Shown: one piece after another, positions 30,896 through 41,548 of the stretch | How the letters are laid out: every line of letters begins with the position of its first letter | How positions within the stretch are numbered: the first letter of the stretch is position 1 | NCBI GenBank assembly: GCA_038832865.1 | Contig: JAWBJE010000003.1 | Coordinates: 30,775-94,774 of the forward strand | Length of the DNA stretch: 64,000 nucleotides | Direction of reading: 5' to 3' | Source of the DNA: Sulfolobales archaeon | GTDB lineage: Archaea; Thermoproteota; Thermoprotei_A; Sulfolobales; NBVN01 | Notes under the pieces: model-generated | Seen by the model: the letters and a program-made list of their open reading frames with translations, nothing else | Told to the model about the DNA's origin: nothing | Databases searched by the model: none | Made by a program: the position numbers and the translations under genes

Positions 30896-32305
30896 GATAG
30901 ACCAAGCTGAAACTTGTCTTACCGCGAGCTTTCGCTTATATCTTCAACCACTCCTCTCAATAGCGGCTCTGCTAAATCACGACCCAAACCTCATCACAAT
31001 CTAGCACTTTAAAACATCCTGACTGCCTTTCTGTCCGCTAATCTTCACACAATACAATTCTTTTGAACTACTTTCTGTCAACACCTCTCCATACTCGAGA
31101 AACTCCAAAACATGGGAAAAGTCAGCAAAAGAGGCTCCTCGAGCCGTCCCATGCCGTAGGTGTGGACAGAGTTCATAGCAGAAGAAGTCCGGGACTGGGG
31201 TTACGGGAAAATGAGTCTAGCTAAGCTCAAAGTCAGGACCACTACGATGCTTTTACTACAGCAATTCGGGCCGTTAGCTCTCGAGCGCCAAAACTCAGCG
31301 ATGCGGCTTTGAAAAAGGTAAGCTACACTAGGTATCTCGAGTTCGCGGTGAAACGTAATTCTATGAACACGGAGGAGCAAGCGATTGAACCCGAACCACC
31401 AAGAGTTTAAGGTTCATATCGTTACCCGAGGAGTCAGCTAATACCTCTGAGACTGCGCAAAGTTTTCCCAGGAGGCCTGGGTCATACGCTGAGGTGACCA
31501 CAGGGGCGATCGGTCTCCTCAGGTTGTTAGAGCCTTTGTCCCCATATATTCCGCGCGGGCGTGGTTGCGTTAGACCTTATGGCAAGTCCCGGCGATGCGA
31601 CAAAGCTATGCTAGCGGACGTAAGCTACCATGCCACGACCATAACTCCACACGGGCTTTATCGACTGGGGGTCTGCAAAGAAGGGAGCAGCTTAGCGAAA
31701 CCTGAGGAGTAGATAGAGTGCTAAGTATTCGGAGCGGGATCCGTCATGGAAACGCAAGAAGCTGTCCCTGATTAGCGGCAACTCGATAGGCCTCGTGGCC
31801 GCACTCTACTGGAACGCCATCTGATATAACCATGCTAGTGAAGTTGAAGGAAATCTCTCGAGTGCGAGAACTTTAGGGGAGTGCTTGAAGTTGATGAAAG
31901 AAGCCGTCGCGGAATCGTACGGGGCTCCGGGACTAAGGGAGTATCTCGGTATTCTAGTGGGTGGTGCTGGAGTCCGTAAGCACTATGCCCCTATGCCTAG
32001 CTACGTACTCTAAGCTTTCCAAATTTCGGCTTCATACTCATAATCATAGAGGAAGTAATCAGAGAGTAATACAAGATGAAGCCCGTTTATGGAAGTGCAG
32101 AGCTAAGGAAGAATCGTTTCTGCTAGTGTACTGTGAGAAACTATAACGTTTTCAGAAAACCTATGCGATGCTAATGAATCGAGCAAACGTAGGTGTACAA
32201 ACAGGTATATAAGAAGTCGTGTGTTGGCGCACCGTGCTCGAGCTTAGCGTTTTTAGTTGTACTCTATATTCGCTCTGAGGAAGCAGTTTTAAGACGCTAG
32301 AACAC

Positions 32306-32866
32306 ATGAACTTGATGCGCGCACTGATACTATCAGACTCCCATATACCTGAGAGAGCTGTTTGGCTCCCGAAACCTGTCGAGGATTACATATTAAGCGA
32401 GAGTTTCGACCTGGTAGTACACGCTGGGGACGTCATCGAGGAGAGATTAATAAGGTTTATCAAAGAGAAAGTGACTAAAGACATCTTCGTAGTCAAAGGC
32501 AACATGGACTACCTAAAGCTCCCGCGTTACGTGAAAATTCAACTAGAAAGCGTTGAACTAGGGGTAACCCACGGTGATAAGGTATATCCTAGGGGTAATA
32601 TAGCTGTGCTAACCAGGTTCGCCCGTACTATTGGAGTGAGAGTGCTCGTGTCCGGGCATACTCACATGCCGTTCATAGTGTACGACAAGAGTGGTGTCCT
32701 CCACGTCAACCCGGGTAGCGTCACGGGCGTCTGGGGTGGGGGTGGTGGGACCGGAATTCCATCTTTCGCCGAGTTAACTGCGAACTCGAGAACCGTCACG
32801 GTAACGGTCTTCGAACTAGTAGGGAATTCTATACTAAAGAAAGAAGCGTACTCCCACGTTTTTTAA
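32306..32866 (+). CDS. YfcE/MJ0936-type metallophosphoesterase
   Basis: ILSDSH, HAGD, GNMD and GHTH motifs in order. About 185 aa. Confidence 0.75.
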   Translation: MNLMRALILSDSHIPERAVWLPKPVEDYILSESFDLVVHAGDVIEERLIRFIKEKVTKDIFVVKGNMDYLKLPRYVKIQLESVELGVTHGDKVYPRGNIAVLTRFARTIGVRVLVSGHTHMPFIVYDKSGVLHVNPGSVTGVWGGGGGTGIPSFAELTANSRTVTVTVFELVGNSILKKEAYSHVF

Positions 32867-32907
32867 CCTCTATTTTCACTCATTAAAGAATAAGGAATCC
32901 AGTTCAA

Positions 32908-33357
32908 CTACGAAAGAGGTCGTTCAGCGGGACCGGAACTGCTAACTTGAAGGAAGAATAGCCTAAGTTTAGTTGTCGAGGTTAATGAACAGCCATCTAC
33001 CGAAAGACGGTAACTAAGAAGAGGTCTTGGCCTATATCTAACCCGGGGCGCTCTACGCCATGGGCTACCTCTCCAAACCTGAGTCCGGAACTCTTCCTCA
33101 GTATATACTTCCTTTCTAACAATGTTCCTTTCTATGTTTGTTAGAACATTGTGGTGAGCTACTTCGTCTGCATGTATAGCGGACACTATAATCCTTACTC
33201 TAGGGTCTGCCACCTGACCCAGCAGTTTCTTAGTTTCTTCGGCCATCATGGCTTCAGCACGTATGTGGTCTGAGATCCTATTAGCGATCTCCTTAACGTC
33301 TTCTGCTGTAAGGAGTGGCTGTATTTCAGTTAGTAATTCCACTACGGCTTTGTACAT
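32908..33357 (-). CDS. hypothetical helical protein with a ferritin-like ADEVAHH segment; the C-terminal third looks non-native
   Basis: The first ~95 codons look like a helical bundle. The remaining ~55 codons are Arg/Pro/Ser-rich (WRRAPRVRYRPRPLLSYRL...), suggesting a lost stop codon or a frameshift. Confidence 0.4.
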   Translation of the reverse strand: MYKAVVELLTEIQPLLTAEDVKEIANRISDHIRAEAMMAEETKKLLGQVADPRVRIIVSAIHADEVAHHNVLTNIERNIVRKEVYTEEEFRTQVWRGSPWRRAPRVRYRPRPLLSYRLSVDGCSLTSTTKLRLFFLQVSSSGPAERPLS

Positions 33358-33709
33358 CTAACCGTGTTTAACGTGTTTAACGAGTCTCCAGCTATAGCAC
33401 CTAAGAGGGCCTTCAAAACGGGTGCCTTAACTTTTCGGGTAGTACTTTAACTCCGAGGCGTACTTTAGCTCTAAGTCTGATAGCTTCTGAAAGTGTTTTA
33501 CTAACTCCTCTCCGCTTAGTCCAACCATATTCATCTCCGCAATTTAACTATGATAGAGACTAGCATATATAGGTCTGCTGACACATGTCGGCAGTCATTA
33601 TCTAGCTTGTATAAGGTACTCGAAGATATTCCATATCGATGTAGTACTCTCAATCGGTCGGCGGTACGCTTTCAGAAGCTCTTTTAGCTTACCTCTTAGT
33701 TAATGTGGG

Positions 33710-34756
33710 TTGGTGTTAAGATTGAGCGAGGTCATTATAGTTGCGGGCCTAGCGCTTTCAGCATGTATAGCTTGGTCTATAGGGTCCAACGACATGGCCA
33801 ATTCTACCAGCATAGCAGTTGGCTCCGGTGTTTTGAGGATGAGGACCGCCATGCTCATTTTCGCAGTTATGTCGATCCTAGGTGCGGTTCTCCAGGGCTT
33901 CATGGTGATGAAAACTTTGGGGCGGGGAGTCGTGTCGGATATGGATATATACTGCGCTATCTCGTCGTCTCTAGCTGCGTTCACTTGGATTATGGTAGCT
34001 ACTGCTCTCGGTTTACCTATTTCAACGTCTCACAGTATAACGAGTGCTGTTGTTGGAGCGGCTTTAGGGCGCCTTCTCTCGGGTAGAGATGGCACGATAA
34101 ACATTCACGTATTTAGCACGATCATTCTCAGCTGGGTTACCTCCCCTCTGGCCGCAGCAGCCCTAGCCGTTCCATCGTACTTTGTGTTAGAGAAATTGTT
34201 TAAGAAGCCGTTATCTGGGGAAGACGGTGTCGCTAAAGCTGCCGTAATCGCTCTAACAGCGTTTTCCGCCTACTCGTTCGGAGCTAATGATGTGGCAAAC
34301 GCGACCGGTGTCTATGTGGGTGCTATTTCTAAGTATCTTGGAACACCTGACCTCTATACTATGAGACTCTTATCTCTCTTTTCTTCTGTGGTTATAGCTC
34401 TCGGCGGTATAGTAATGGGTAGAAAGGTATTAGTGACTCTAGCATACAGAATCACTAGGCTGGACATCCAAATGGCTATAGCGGCGGGACTAGCTAACGC
34501 CTTTACCGTCTGGTTTTTCACCACTATTCCGTACCTGCTCTTTGGCTACGGGTTACCTATATCTACGACTTACGCAGCTGCTGGAGCTATCATGGGTGCG
34601 TCTATAGCGAAGAATAGGGGGTTTAGAGGTGTTAGAGTTCGCCAGGTAGTTATAATAGTTGTCGCTTGGATGTTGACATTACCGATAGCTACCGCCCTCG
34701 GCTTAGGCATATACTACTTTTTAAATTACTTATTACTACGACTCCTAGTGGTGTAA
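33710..34756 (+). CDS. inorganic phosphate transporter, PiT family
   Basis: Duplicated GSNDMANS / GANDVANATG signature motifs in a polytopic membrane protein. Confidence 0.85.
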   Translation: MVLRLSEVIIVAGLALSACIAWSIGSNDMANSTSIAVGSGVLRMRTAMLIFAVMSILGAVLQGFMVMKTLGRGVVSDMDIYCAISSSLAAFTWIMVATALGLPISTSHSITSAVVGAALGRLLSGRDGTINIHVFSTIILSWVTSPLAAAALAVPSYFVLEKLFKKPLSGEDGVAKAAVIALTAFSAYSFGANDVANATGVYVGAISKYLGTPDLYTMRLLSLFSSVVIALGGIVMGRKVLVTLAYRITRLDIQMAIAAGLANAFTVWFFTTIPYLLFGYGLPISTTYAAAGAIMGASIAKNRGFRGVRVRQVVIIVVAWMLTLPIATALGLGIYYFLNYLLLRLLVV

Positions 34757-34757
34757 C

Positions 34758-35420
34758 ATGTCCTTCTGGGTTTGGATGTCGGGTAGGAGGAGGAGGGACG
34801 TGCTTAAGTTCTTCATCGATCACGTGTCAGAGGTCGAGAGAGTAGTCGAGAAATCCAAGAATGTGATCGACGAGCTGGTTAAAGGAAACGCTGACCTTGT
34901 GGCTGTACTTTGGGGGGAGGTATTCGAGTTGGAGAGGAGAGCGGATAGCATCAAGAGGAGACTTCTAGCTGAACTAGCCAGTGAGACCTTCCACCCAATA
35001 GATAGAGAAGAGATCGTGAGGTTGGTCCTCACAATGGACGATGTAGCAGCTTACGCTAAGGCCTGGAGCCGTAGGGCTATACTCTATTTGCCTGACCGCT
35101 TACCCCAAAATATAGGTAATGCCTTCGTGACGATGGCGTCAAAAGTTCACGAAGCCGTTAAGTACATAAAGCAGGCAGTTGAGATACTCTCCGAAAACCC
35201 AAGGGGAACGTTAGACCTAGCCAATAAGGTAGAATCCCTAGAGGAGGAGGTAGACGACATTAGACATGAGGTGTTTAGGGAGATACTAAGGTTCTGCGAC
35301 AGCAGTAAAAGCTCTAAGTGCATGCTAACAAAAGAAATAATGGACTCTATAGAGAATGCCGCAGACCGCTGTGAGGATGTGGCTGACGTTTTAAGAAGCA
35401 TAGCGCTTTTGACGATCTAG
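34758..35420 (+). CDS. DUF47/PhoU-like phosphate transport regulator
   Basis: About 220 aa helical protein starting 2 nt after the PiT stop. The PiT-DUF47 gene pair is a conserved association. Confidence 0.75.
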   Translation: MSFWVWMSGRRRRDVLKFFIDHVSEVERVVEKSKNVIDELVKGNADLVAVLWGEVFELERRADSIKRRLLAELASETFHPIDREEIVRLVLTMDDVAAYAKAWSRRAILYLPDRLPQNIGNAFVTMASKVHEAVKYIKQAVEILSENPRGTLDLANKVESLEEEVDDIRHEVFREILRFCDSSKSSKCMLTKEIMDSIENAADRCEDVADVLRSIALLTI

Positions 35421-35591
35421 CTACTAGTTGAATTATCCTACAGTATTGGTAGATGCGTTGTTTAGACTCTGCGACAGTTGTTGAGGAAGAGCCTTAACGC
35501 TTTTCGGCTCTTAATGCTTTGAAGACTTCGTAAATTAACTGTAGCTACTTAAACTTCTCTAAATAGACCATATAGAGCAAGAGTGGAGTCC

Positions 35592-37553
35592 TCAAATTAC
35601 TAACGCAAGCGAGTCGAGCACTCTAGGTACTAGTATCTCCACGTTCGGTAGTAACCCGATTTCCTTAGCCTTCTTAGACAGAGTATTCTTCAAGCCCTCT
35701 AGTGCTGAGGGTTCTCCGTGGTTTATTATTATCCTCTTCGGCTTAGTCTCTATGTCTCTTAGGTACTTTAAGATTTGCGTCCTGTCCGAGTGCCCCGAGA
35801 AGCCTTCAATAGCGTGTACCTCTAATGCGACTTTAACTAGTTCTATTTTATCACCTACAAGAACGTGAACCTCTCTAGCACCATCCCTTATTCTCCTCCC
35901 TAGAGTTCCCTCTACTTGGTAATTAACGAATACGAGTGAGTTATTCGGGTTTTCAGCCATTAGTCTAAAGTACTCGACGGCCGGACCTCCATTAAGCATT
36001 CCGGAGGTTGCCAGTATTATACACGGATCTCTGGATTCGACTATTTCCGACCTTGCTACACCCCCACCGACTATCTCAAAAGTGCTGTGCATAAACGGGT
36101 TTTCGGAATTATATATCCTATCCCTTAGCTCTTTGGAGAGAAGCTCTGGATAAGCCGTATGTATAGCTGTGACTTCATTGATCATCCCGTCGATATATAC
36201 TGGAACCTCTGGCAGCTTACCAGCCCTCATAGCGTCAGCTATAATTAATAGGACCTCCTGGGACCTGCCTACAGCAAGGGATGGTATGAGTACCTTTCCG
36301 CCCCTCTCTATGGTTCTTTTTATTATCTCCACCAACTTCTCAGCAGACTCCTCTCTGCTCGGCTGATCGGAATTACCGTATGTACCTTCTATTATCAAGG
36401 TGTCCACTCTTGGGAACTTGTTGTTCGCCTTATCGAGCAGTCTGGTCTTATCGTACTTGAAGTCGCCCGTGTAGACTATGTTGTGCAACCCATTACCTAT
36501 ATGTAGGTGAGCTATCGCTGAACCAAGAATATGTCCGGCATTATAGAGCGTTAGCCTGACGTCCGGTGCGATATCGGTGACCTCGCCATACTTTAGAGTT
36601 ATTGTGTGCAGTAACGCTTCTTGAACATGGCGCGACTCGAAGGGTAGACTCCTCCCCTCTCTCCTCGTTAATTCTAACAGATCTTTCTCGAGAAGAACCA
36701 TCAGGTCCCTAGTTGCTTGAGTCATGTACACCGGACCTCTGTAGCCGTACTTGAAGAGATACGGCACAAGACCAACGTGGTCTAAGTGGGCATGAGTTAC
36801 GACAACAGCGTCTATCTCCTCAGGCTTTATTCCGACAGCATCTATCCTGGGGACGAAGCTCTTAAGGAGGCTGGTTCCCGGGTTTAATCCGAAGTCTAGC
36901 AGTATCTTCGACTCAGCTGTTTCAACGAGTATAGAAGACCTACCGACCTCCATGAAGCCCCCGAGGGCTGTAATTCTAACGTAGTTATCCTTAAATATTA
37001 CTTCTCTATGTATTCTCTCTCCAACAGCTCTCAGAAACTCGAGTCTCTCGGCCGATTGCCTGATGACGTAGTTTAACTCGGACTCAAGTATCAGCGACTT
37101 AAGAGGAGGCTTCCTGACTATCCTAGGCCTCCAGCCGGTCTCAACGAATATCTCTTTAAACAGCTTTCTGTCATTATCCATGAACGCTTGAGGCTGCGGT
37201 GTCTTTATGACAACTTCACCCAGCACATCGTCGAACACTATGTCGGATTCGCTCTCAATGTACTGCTTAGCCTTAGACATTATGAGTTTTCTAGCCTCAC
37301 TCTCCCGACTCCTCCTCGAGCTATCGACTCTAACAACGATCCTCTTCTTTATAGTCTTAGCCAGGCTTCTTACCGCTTCTTCGTTCTCCACTATGAACGA
37401 TACATTCCTAACGTAAACGACTACTTCGGGGCCCTCAAACTCTACTTTAGTTACTTGAGCTTCCGGTGGAAGCTTGGCGAATACCTCGCTCCTTATGGTC
37501 TCACGAATGTCGTCTATAAACCTTAAGTCCTTCACTACCATAAAGTCTACCAA
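35592..37553 (-). CDS. aCPSF1 (FttA) KH-domain beta-CASP metallo-beta-lactamase ribonuclease
   Basis: Two N-terminal KH-like domains, MBL motif VVTHAHLDHVG and beta-CASP region. 653 aa. Adjacent to the proteasome beta gene, as in many archaea. Confidence 0.9.
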   Translation of the reverse strand: MVDFMVVKDLRFIDDIRETIRSEVFAKLPPEAQVTKVEFEGPEVVVYVRNVSFIVENEEAVRSLAKTIKKRIVVRVDSSRRSRESEARKLIMSKAKQYIESESDIVFDDVLGEVVIKTPQPQAFMDNDRKLFKEIFVETGWRPRIVRKPPLKSLILESELNYVIRQSAERLEFLRAVGERIHREVIFKDNYVRITALGGFMEVGRSSILVETAESKILLDFGLNPGTSLLKSFVPRIDAVGIKPEEIDAVVVTHAHLDHVGLVPYLFKYGYRGPVYMTQATRDLMVLLEKDLLELTRREGRSLPFESRHVQEALLHTITLKYGEVTDIAPDVRLTLYNAGHILGSAIAHLHIGNGLHNIVYTGDFKYDKTRLLDKANNKFPRVDTLIIEGTYGNSDQPSREESAEKLVEIIKRTIERGGKVLIPSLAVGRSQEVLLIIADAMRAGKLPEVPVYIDGMINEVTAIHTAYPELLSKELRDRIYNSENPFMHSTFEIVGGGVARSEIVESRDPCIILATSGMLNGGPAVEYFRLMAENPNNSLVFVNYQVEGTLGRRIRDGAREVHVLVGDKIELVKVALEVHAIEGFSGHSDRTQILKYLRDIETKPKRIIINHGEPSALEGLKNTLSKKAKEIGLLPNVEILVPRVLDSLALVI

Positions 37554-38152
37554 CCCGCGGAATACGACCGCTCCTCGATCCCATTGGGTTTAACTATGGC
37601 CACATCTACCGCTTCACCGGTAAAAACATCTCTCCTTATAGACGATCTAACGGCTTTTACCGCTAGAGCTACGGCTTCGTCTTCACTCATATCAGCCCTA
37701 TATTCTGACTCGAGGATACCTATCGCAACGGGGGACCCCGACCCGGTGGCCGTATAGGTCTCCTCGAAGTAGTCGCCGAAGAGCTCTATGTTGTATAGCC
37801 TCGGTCTGTCGTCGTAACCAGCGAGTATGAACTGGACTATGAACGGGTAGTACTTATAGCTATTAAGTATTATCGAGAGGTAGGCTGCCAGAGACTTGAT
37901 CGGGATCTTGGCCTTATTCGATATTGCGTACTCTGTTGCCTTAATTCGTAGTAATGATGCTAGCACTTGCGTATCGGCTACCAATCCTGCCGTAGTTAGC
38001 ACGGCGTGCTCAGATATTCTAACTATCTTTTTTACCGCTTTGTGAGCTATATACGTCCCACTACTAGCCCTCCTGTCGGCAGCTACTATTGCCGCCGTTT
38101 TTGTCACTAAACCTACTGTTGTTGTTCCGTAGAGAACCTTCACTTTCAGCAC
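37547..38152 (-). CDS. psmB: proteasome beta subunit
   Basis: Propeptide followed by the catalytic GTTTVG Thr1 site. About 200 aa Ntn-hydrolase. Confidence 0.9.
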   Translation of the reverse strand: MLKVKVLYGTTTVGLVTKTAAIVAADRRASSGTYIAHKAVKKIVRISEHAVLTTAGLVADTQVLASLLRIKATEYAISNKAKIPIKSLAAYLSIILNSYKYYPFIVQFILAGYDDRPRLYNIELFGDYFEETYTATGSGSPVAIGILESEYRADMSEDEAVALAVKAVRSSIRRDVFTGEAVDVAIVKPNGIEERSYSAGW

Positions 38153-38215
38153 ACCTTCCGAGCTAGATTCCCAAGCTTAAAAGTATTGCCAGCTTATAAG
38201 TTTTAGTGAAACCGA

Positions 38216-39271
38216 TTGAGGCACTCTATAGACCTTTTCAAAAAGGTGGTCATAGGCTACGGAGTTAGCAGAGAGCTAGGAGCACTAGTCTCAGAACTAG
38301 GAGCAAGGAACAGGTTGGCCATAGTCACCGGGCCCAATGTAAGGAAGACCATCGTAGAGACCTTGGTAGAGGAAGCCTTGAGTAGCTTTAGTGTCGACAT
38401 ATTCGAAGCGGCCTCATCCTCCATTGAGGTCGCTGAAGGCGTAACAGACTTAGTTAACTCCTTTAAACCCTCTTTATTGATAGCTATCGGTGGTGGTAAG
38501 AGCATTGATATCGCTAAGTACGCTTCTCGAAAAATAGGTATAAACTACGTCAGCGTTCCTACGGTTACATCTCATGACGGCATAGCTTCACCATTCGCTT
38601 CTCTAAGGGGTATGGAGACCGTCTACTCAGTGAAGGCTTTCCCCCCTATAGCGGTAGTAGCCGATATAAAGATCATAGCTCAAGCCCCTAGGAGGCTTGC
38701 TATAGCAGGAGCCGGGGACCTCATAGCTAAGGTAACTGCCGTAAGAGATTGGAGGTTGGCTAACAGGCTCAAGGGTGAGTACTATGGGGATTACGCTGCA
38801 TCTCTAGCCCTACTATCCGCTAAGCACGTACTTACGTTCAGCAAGACTATAGCGAAGCACACTCCCGCCGGACTCCGAATACTAGTCGAGGGGCTGATAA
38901 GCTCGTCGACAGCTATGTGTATAGCTGGCTCTACTAGACCAGCGAGCGGCTCTGAGCACTTATTTAGCCATGCGCTAGACATGGTAGCTAACTATCCAGC
39001 ACTCCACGGAGAGCAGGTAGGTCTCGGGACTATAATCATGGGCTACATACACGGAATAAACTGGAAGAAGATCAAGAAGACTCTGAGAAAGCTCGGATTG
39101 CCCACAACAGCGCGAGAGCTCGGAGTCAAAGAAGAGCACATAATTGAAGCTCTTACGATAGCACATAAGATAAGGCCTGATAGGTACACAATACTAGGAG
39201 AGAGCGGTTTAACTAGGAACGCTGCAGAAGAAGTGGCCCTTAAGACCGGTGTAATAGGAGATGATAGTTAA
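38216..39271 (+). CDS. egsA: NAD(P)-dependent glycerol-1-phosphate dehydrogenase
   Basis: Iron-ADH/DHQS-like fold with [11 protein letters not shown] and HGEQVGLG motifs. About 350 aa, as in archaeal EgsA. Confidence 0.85.
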   Translation: MRHSIDLFKKVVIGYGVSRELGALVSELGARNRLAIVTGPNVRKTIVETLVEEALSSFSVDIFEAASSSIEVAEGVTDLVNSFKPSLLIAIGGGKSIDIAKYASRKIGINYVSVPTVTSHDGIASPFASLRGMETVYSVKAFPPIAVVADIKIIAQAPRRLAIAGAGDLIAKVTAVRDWRLANRLKGEYYGDYAASLALLSAKHVLTFSKTIAKHTPAGLRILVEGLISSSTAMCIAGSTRPASGSEHLFSHALDMVANYPALHGEQVGLGTIIMGYIHGINWKKIKKTLRKLGLPTTARELGVKEEHIIEALTIAHKIRPDRYTILGESGLTRNAAEEVALKTGVIGDDS

Positions 39272-39704
39272 GACCTTAGTGAGCAGATATGTCGCTAAAG
39301 AAGGGTATAAGTTCCTCTTCTCTGGTCCCATGACCGAGTGCCTCAGCTGCCGGTTCAAGTATGCCTGCGTAGACAATCTTAGGGAGGGTGTAGCATACGA
39401 AGTAGTCAAAGTTTACCGAGTGATCAACAAATGTCCGGTGCTTGGGGAAGTCGTTACGGTCGATGTAAAACCTGCCGAAGTAGATGTGGCTCTGGACCCT
39501 AAAGCGGCAATAGAGGGAGCTGTAGTAACGTATACTCATCAAAACTGTGGTGCGCCCTGTCGCTATGGCGAGCTATGCAGAAACCCACTAGTAAGAAGTA
39601 AAACTAAAGTGAAAGTCGTTTCGGTCGGAGGTAGAATAACCTGCAGAACTAATAAAAACCTTGTTAAAGCAACAGTGATTGTGTGGCTTAGCTCCTCTGC
39701 TTAA
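39261..39704 (+). CDS. UPF0179-like cysteine-rich protein
   Basis: About 147 aa with [14 protein letters not shown] and CGAPC cysteine motifs. Overlaps the egsA stop. Confidence 0.5.
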   Translation: MIVKTLVSRYVAKEGYKFLFSGPMTECLSCRFKYACVDNLREGVAYEVVKVYRVINKCPVLGEVVTVDVKPAEVDVALDPKAAIEGAVVTYTHQNCGAPCRYGELCRNPLVRSKTKVKVVSVGGRITCRTNKNLVKATVIVWLSSSA

Positions 39705-39739
39705 ATATATGTCTCTTCTATTAGAGGTAGGTGTACTGA

Positions 39740-40387
39740 GTGGCCACGTTTAAGGTAGTGGTCGGGGACCCGGAGGCGAAGGACCCTAAGGAGGTTTACG
39801 TGAGAGTTGTGGAATCGAGCGAATTGAAGCTGACTGAGGCTATGAAAGAGGGAAGAGAACTTTTGAGAGCTAGAGCCAACCCTAAGTTGATCGAGACCCT
39901 TAAAACGCCTTACAGGATTGCCACCATAAGAGTATGGAAGGATAAGACTAAGAAGGAGAAACTAAGCCTAACAGTAAAACTAGAACCAGACAGTGGTGTT
40001 CCCGAAGGCGTCGTTTATATTCCGGTAGGCCCTCTCTCAGAAAAACTCGGGAGCAGTGAGGCACTAGCGGAAATATTTAGAGCAAAGAGCTTCCAAATAG
40101 TTGTGAACGGTTCTAAGGCTGCCGCCTTCATAGGAAAGAAGATAGGTGACACCTTAGATGCCTCTATTATCGGCATACCTGGTAAGAAGCTACTAATAAC
40201 TGGAGGCTCCGACTCCTCCGGCTTCCCGATGCTTCAAAGCGTTCCCGGCTCAGCAAAGAGACCTCTCCTACTCTCATCACCACCTGGGTACCACCCGCGC
40301 AACGAAGGCGAGAGAAGGAGGAAGATAGTAAGAGGAAACACCATAAGTGAGGACATAGTTCAAATAAATACGAAGCTTATCGACTAA
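39740..40387 (+). CDS. rps6e: 30S ribosomal protein S6e
   Basis: FKVVVGDPE... N-terminus, GGSDSSGFPM, and a basic C-terminus with RRRKIVRGNTIS. Confidence 0.9.
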   Translation: MATFKVVVGDPEAKDPKEVYVRVVESSELKLTEAMKEGRELLRARANPKLIETLKTPYRIATIRVWKDKTKKEKLSLTVKLEPDSGVPEGVVYIPVGPLSEKLGSSEALAEIFRAKSFQIVVNGSKAAAFIGKKIGDTLDASIIGIPGKKLLITGGSDSSGFPMLQSVPGSAKRPLLLSSPPGYHPRNEGERRRKIVRGNTISEDIVQINTKLID

Positions 40388-40522
40388 GGCACGTACTATT
40401 GGCGATGCGGATAGTCGTGTAGATGCGGTATGCTCGCAGTCACAAGAGAACATCTTCAACTGCGACTACACTCTAGCAATCGATAGCTTAGTGTGCGAGT
40501 CAACCAGATGCTGTAGCTATCT

Positions 40523-40779
40523 TTATCGGCTTAGTTCCTCGATCTTGCTTATGAGCTTTTCTACTCTTTCCGGGTCTTGAAGAACTTTTAGGAAGAACTC
40601 CCCATAGTCCCCAAGCAGGATCAGGAGTGGTTGTAGATAGAGCCTAGCGAGCTGGGCCCAAACTCGACCCATAGGACCGAGTGAACTAAGTAAAAAACAG
40701 CTATTGTATCGAGTTTCGAGCTGACTATCTTTCTCGCCAACTTCTCTAACAGCTCGTCCTCGCTAATACTCCCCGACAT
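40523..40779 (-). CDS. small protein gene, apparently frameshifted at an A6/T6 run (last gene of the membrane operon)
   Basis: The ATG at 40779 gives MSGSISEDELLEKLARKIVSSKLDTIAVF..., then junk and a stop. The +1 frame continues LLSSLGPMGRVWAQLARLYLQPLLILLGDYGEFFLKVLQDPERVEKLISKIEELSR to a TAA at 40523. The frames switch at the homopolymer at 40692-40697. Confidence 0.45.
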
Positions 40780-40906
40780 GATTACCTCTTTCTCAGGATG
40801 CCCATGATTATCGCTATGGCGGCTAGGATTGCTGCTATAATAGAGGCCCACGCTTGTGGCTGTATGTATATTAGATAGATGGATATCAGGAACCCCACTC
40901 TAGTCA

Positions 40907-41548
40907 TTATTGTGTTAGCAAAGAGCGCCCGAAGCCGACCATCATTCCGTAGATGCCGATGTAGTAGAGAGCTCTGTAGACTAGATATTGGGGAGAAGCT
41001 CTAGAGCCCTCCACTCTCCTTGGAAATATAGTAAAGAGGAAGTAAGTTAATCCACCCAGCGTTATCAATACCAGGATCCAATTGTTTAAGACCTTAACAG
41101 GGTCAGAACCCCAGAGAGGGACGATGGTGGCGGTGATCTGCCTAACCACGTTCGCTATAGGCACGGTTCTAAGAGCTAGACCAGTACCTACAGCTATGTT
41201 GATAGCAACCGCGTACCTAGCTAGCCAGTAGTACTTTCTGGAGTATTTAGCGAACATTAGCACGCCCAGTACGGTTGGGATTATGTAGTGCCACGAGGTG
41301 GTCAAGAAGGTCTGAGGACTTCGAACCGCCGGTGAAACAAGTACTCTATTTAAGCTATCCAGAGCCAAGGCTATAGAGTAGCCGGCGGCTGTACCCACGA
41401 ACATGTGCTCAGCTACCTTATAGAACACGTTATCCCTATAGACAAAGCTGTATATCCAGACCACCATGGAAGCGCAGAGCCGGGCCCCGAACAAGTCCCA
41501 GCTAATCATTTTGAACCACCCTTCTTGGATGAAACCCTCTTGCCCCAA
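40907..41548 (-). CDS. polytopic membrane protein, unknown function (operon gene 4)
   Basis: 213-codon ORF with about six hydrophobic helices. Its start overlaps the upstream gene by 43 nt. Confidence 0.55.
   Translation of the reverse strand: MGQEGFIQEGWFKMISWDLFGARLCASMVVWIYSFVYRDNVFYKVAEHMFVGTAAGYSIALALDSLNRVLVSPAVRSPQTFLTTSWHYIIPTVLGVLMFAKYSRKYYWLARYAVAINIAVGTGLALRTVPIANVVRQITATIVPLWGSDPVKVLNNWILVLITLGGLTYFLFTIFPRRVEGSRASPQYLVYRALYYIGIYGMMVGFGRSLLTQ

Noticed and set aside
31180-31670. RNase P RNA-like motifs: GAAGAAGTCCGGGAC (about 31183) and ACACGGGCTTTATCG (about 31649). These could pair like the P4 helix (CR-I/CR-V). There are also GGTGAAAC and GTAAGC strings in between.
   Set aside because: The two strands are about 470 nt apart, far more than in known archaeal RNase P RNAs. 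The ACAGAA part of CR-IV is missing, and I could not build the P1-P3 or P10-P12 helices by eye. The surrounding DNA reads more like decayed coding sequence. A covariance-model scan would settle it.
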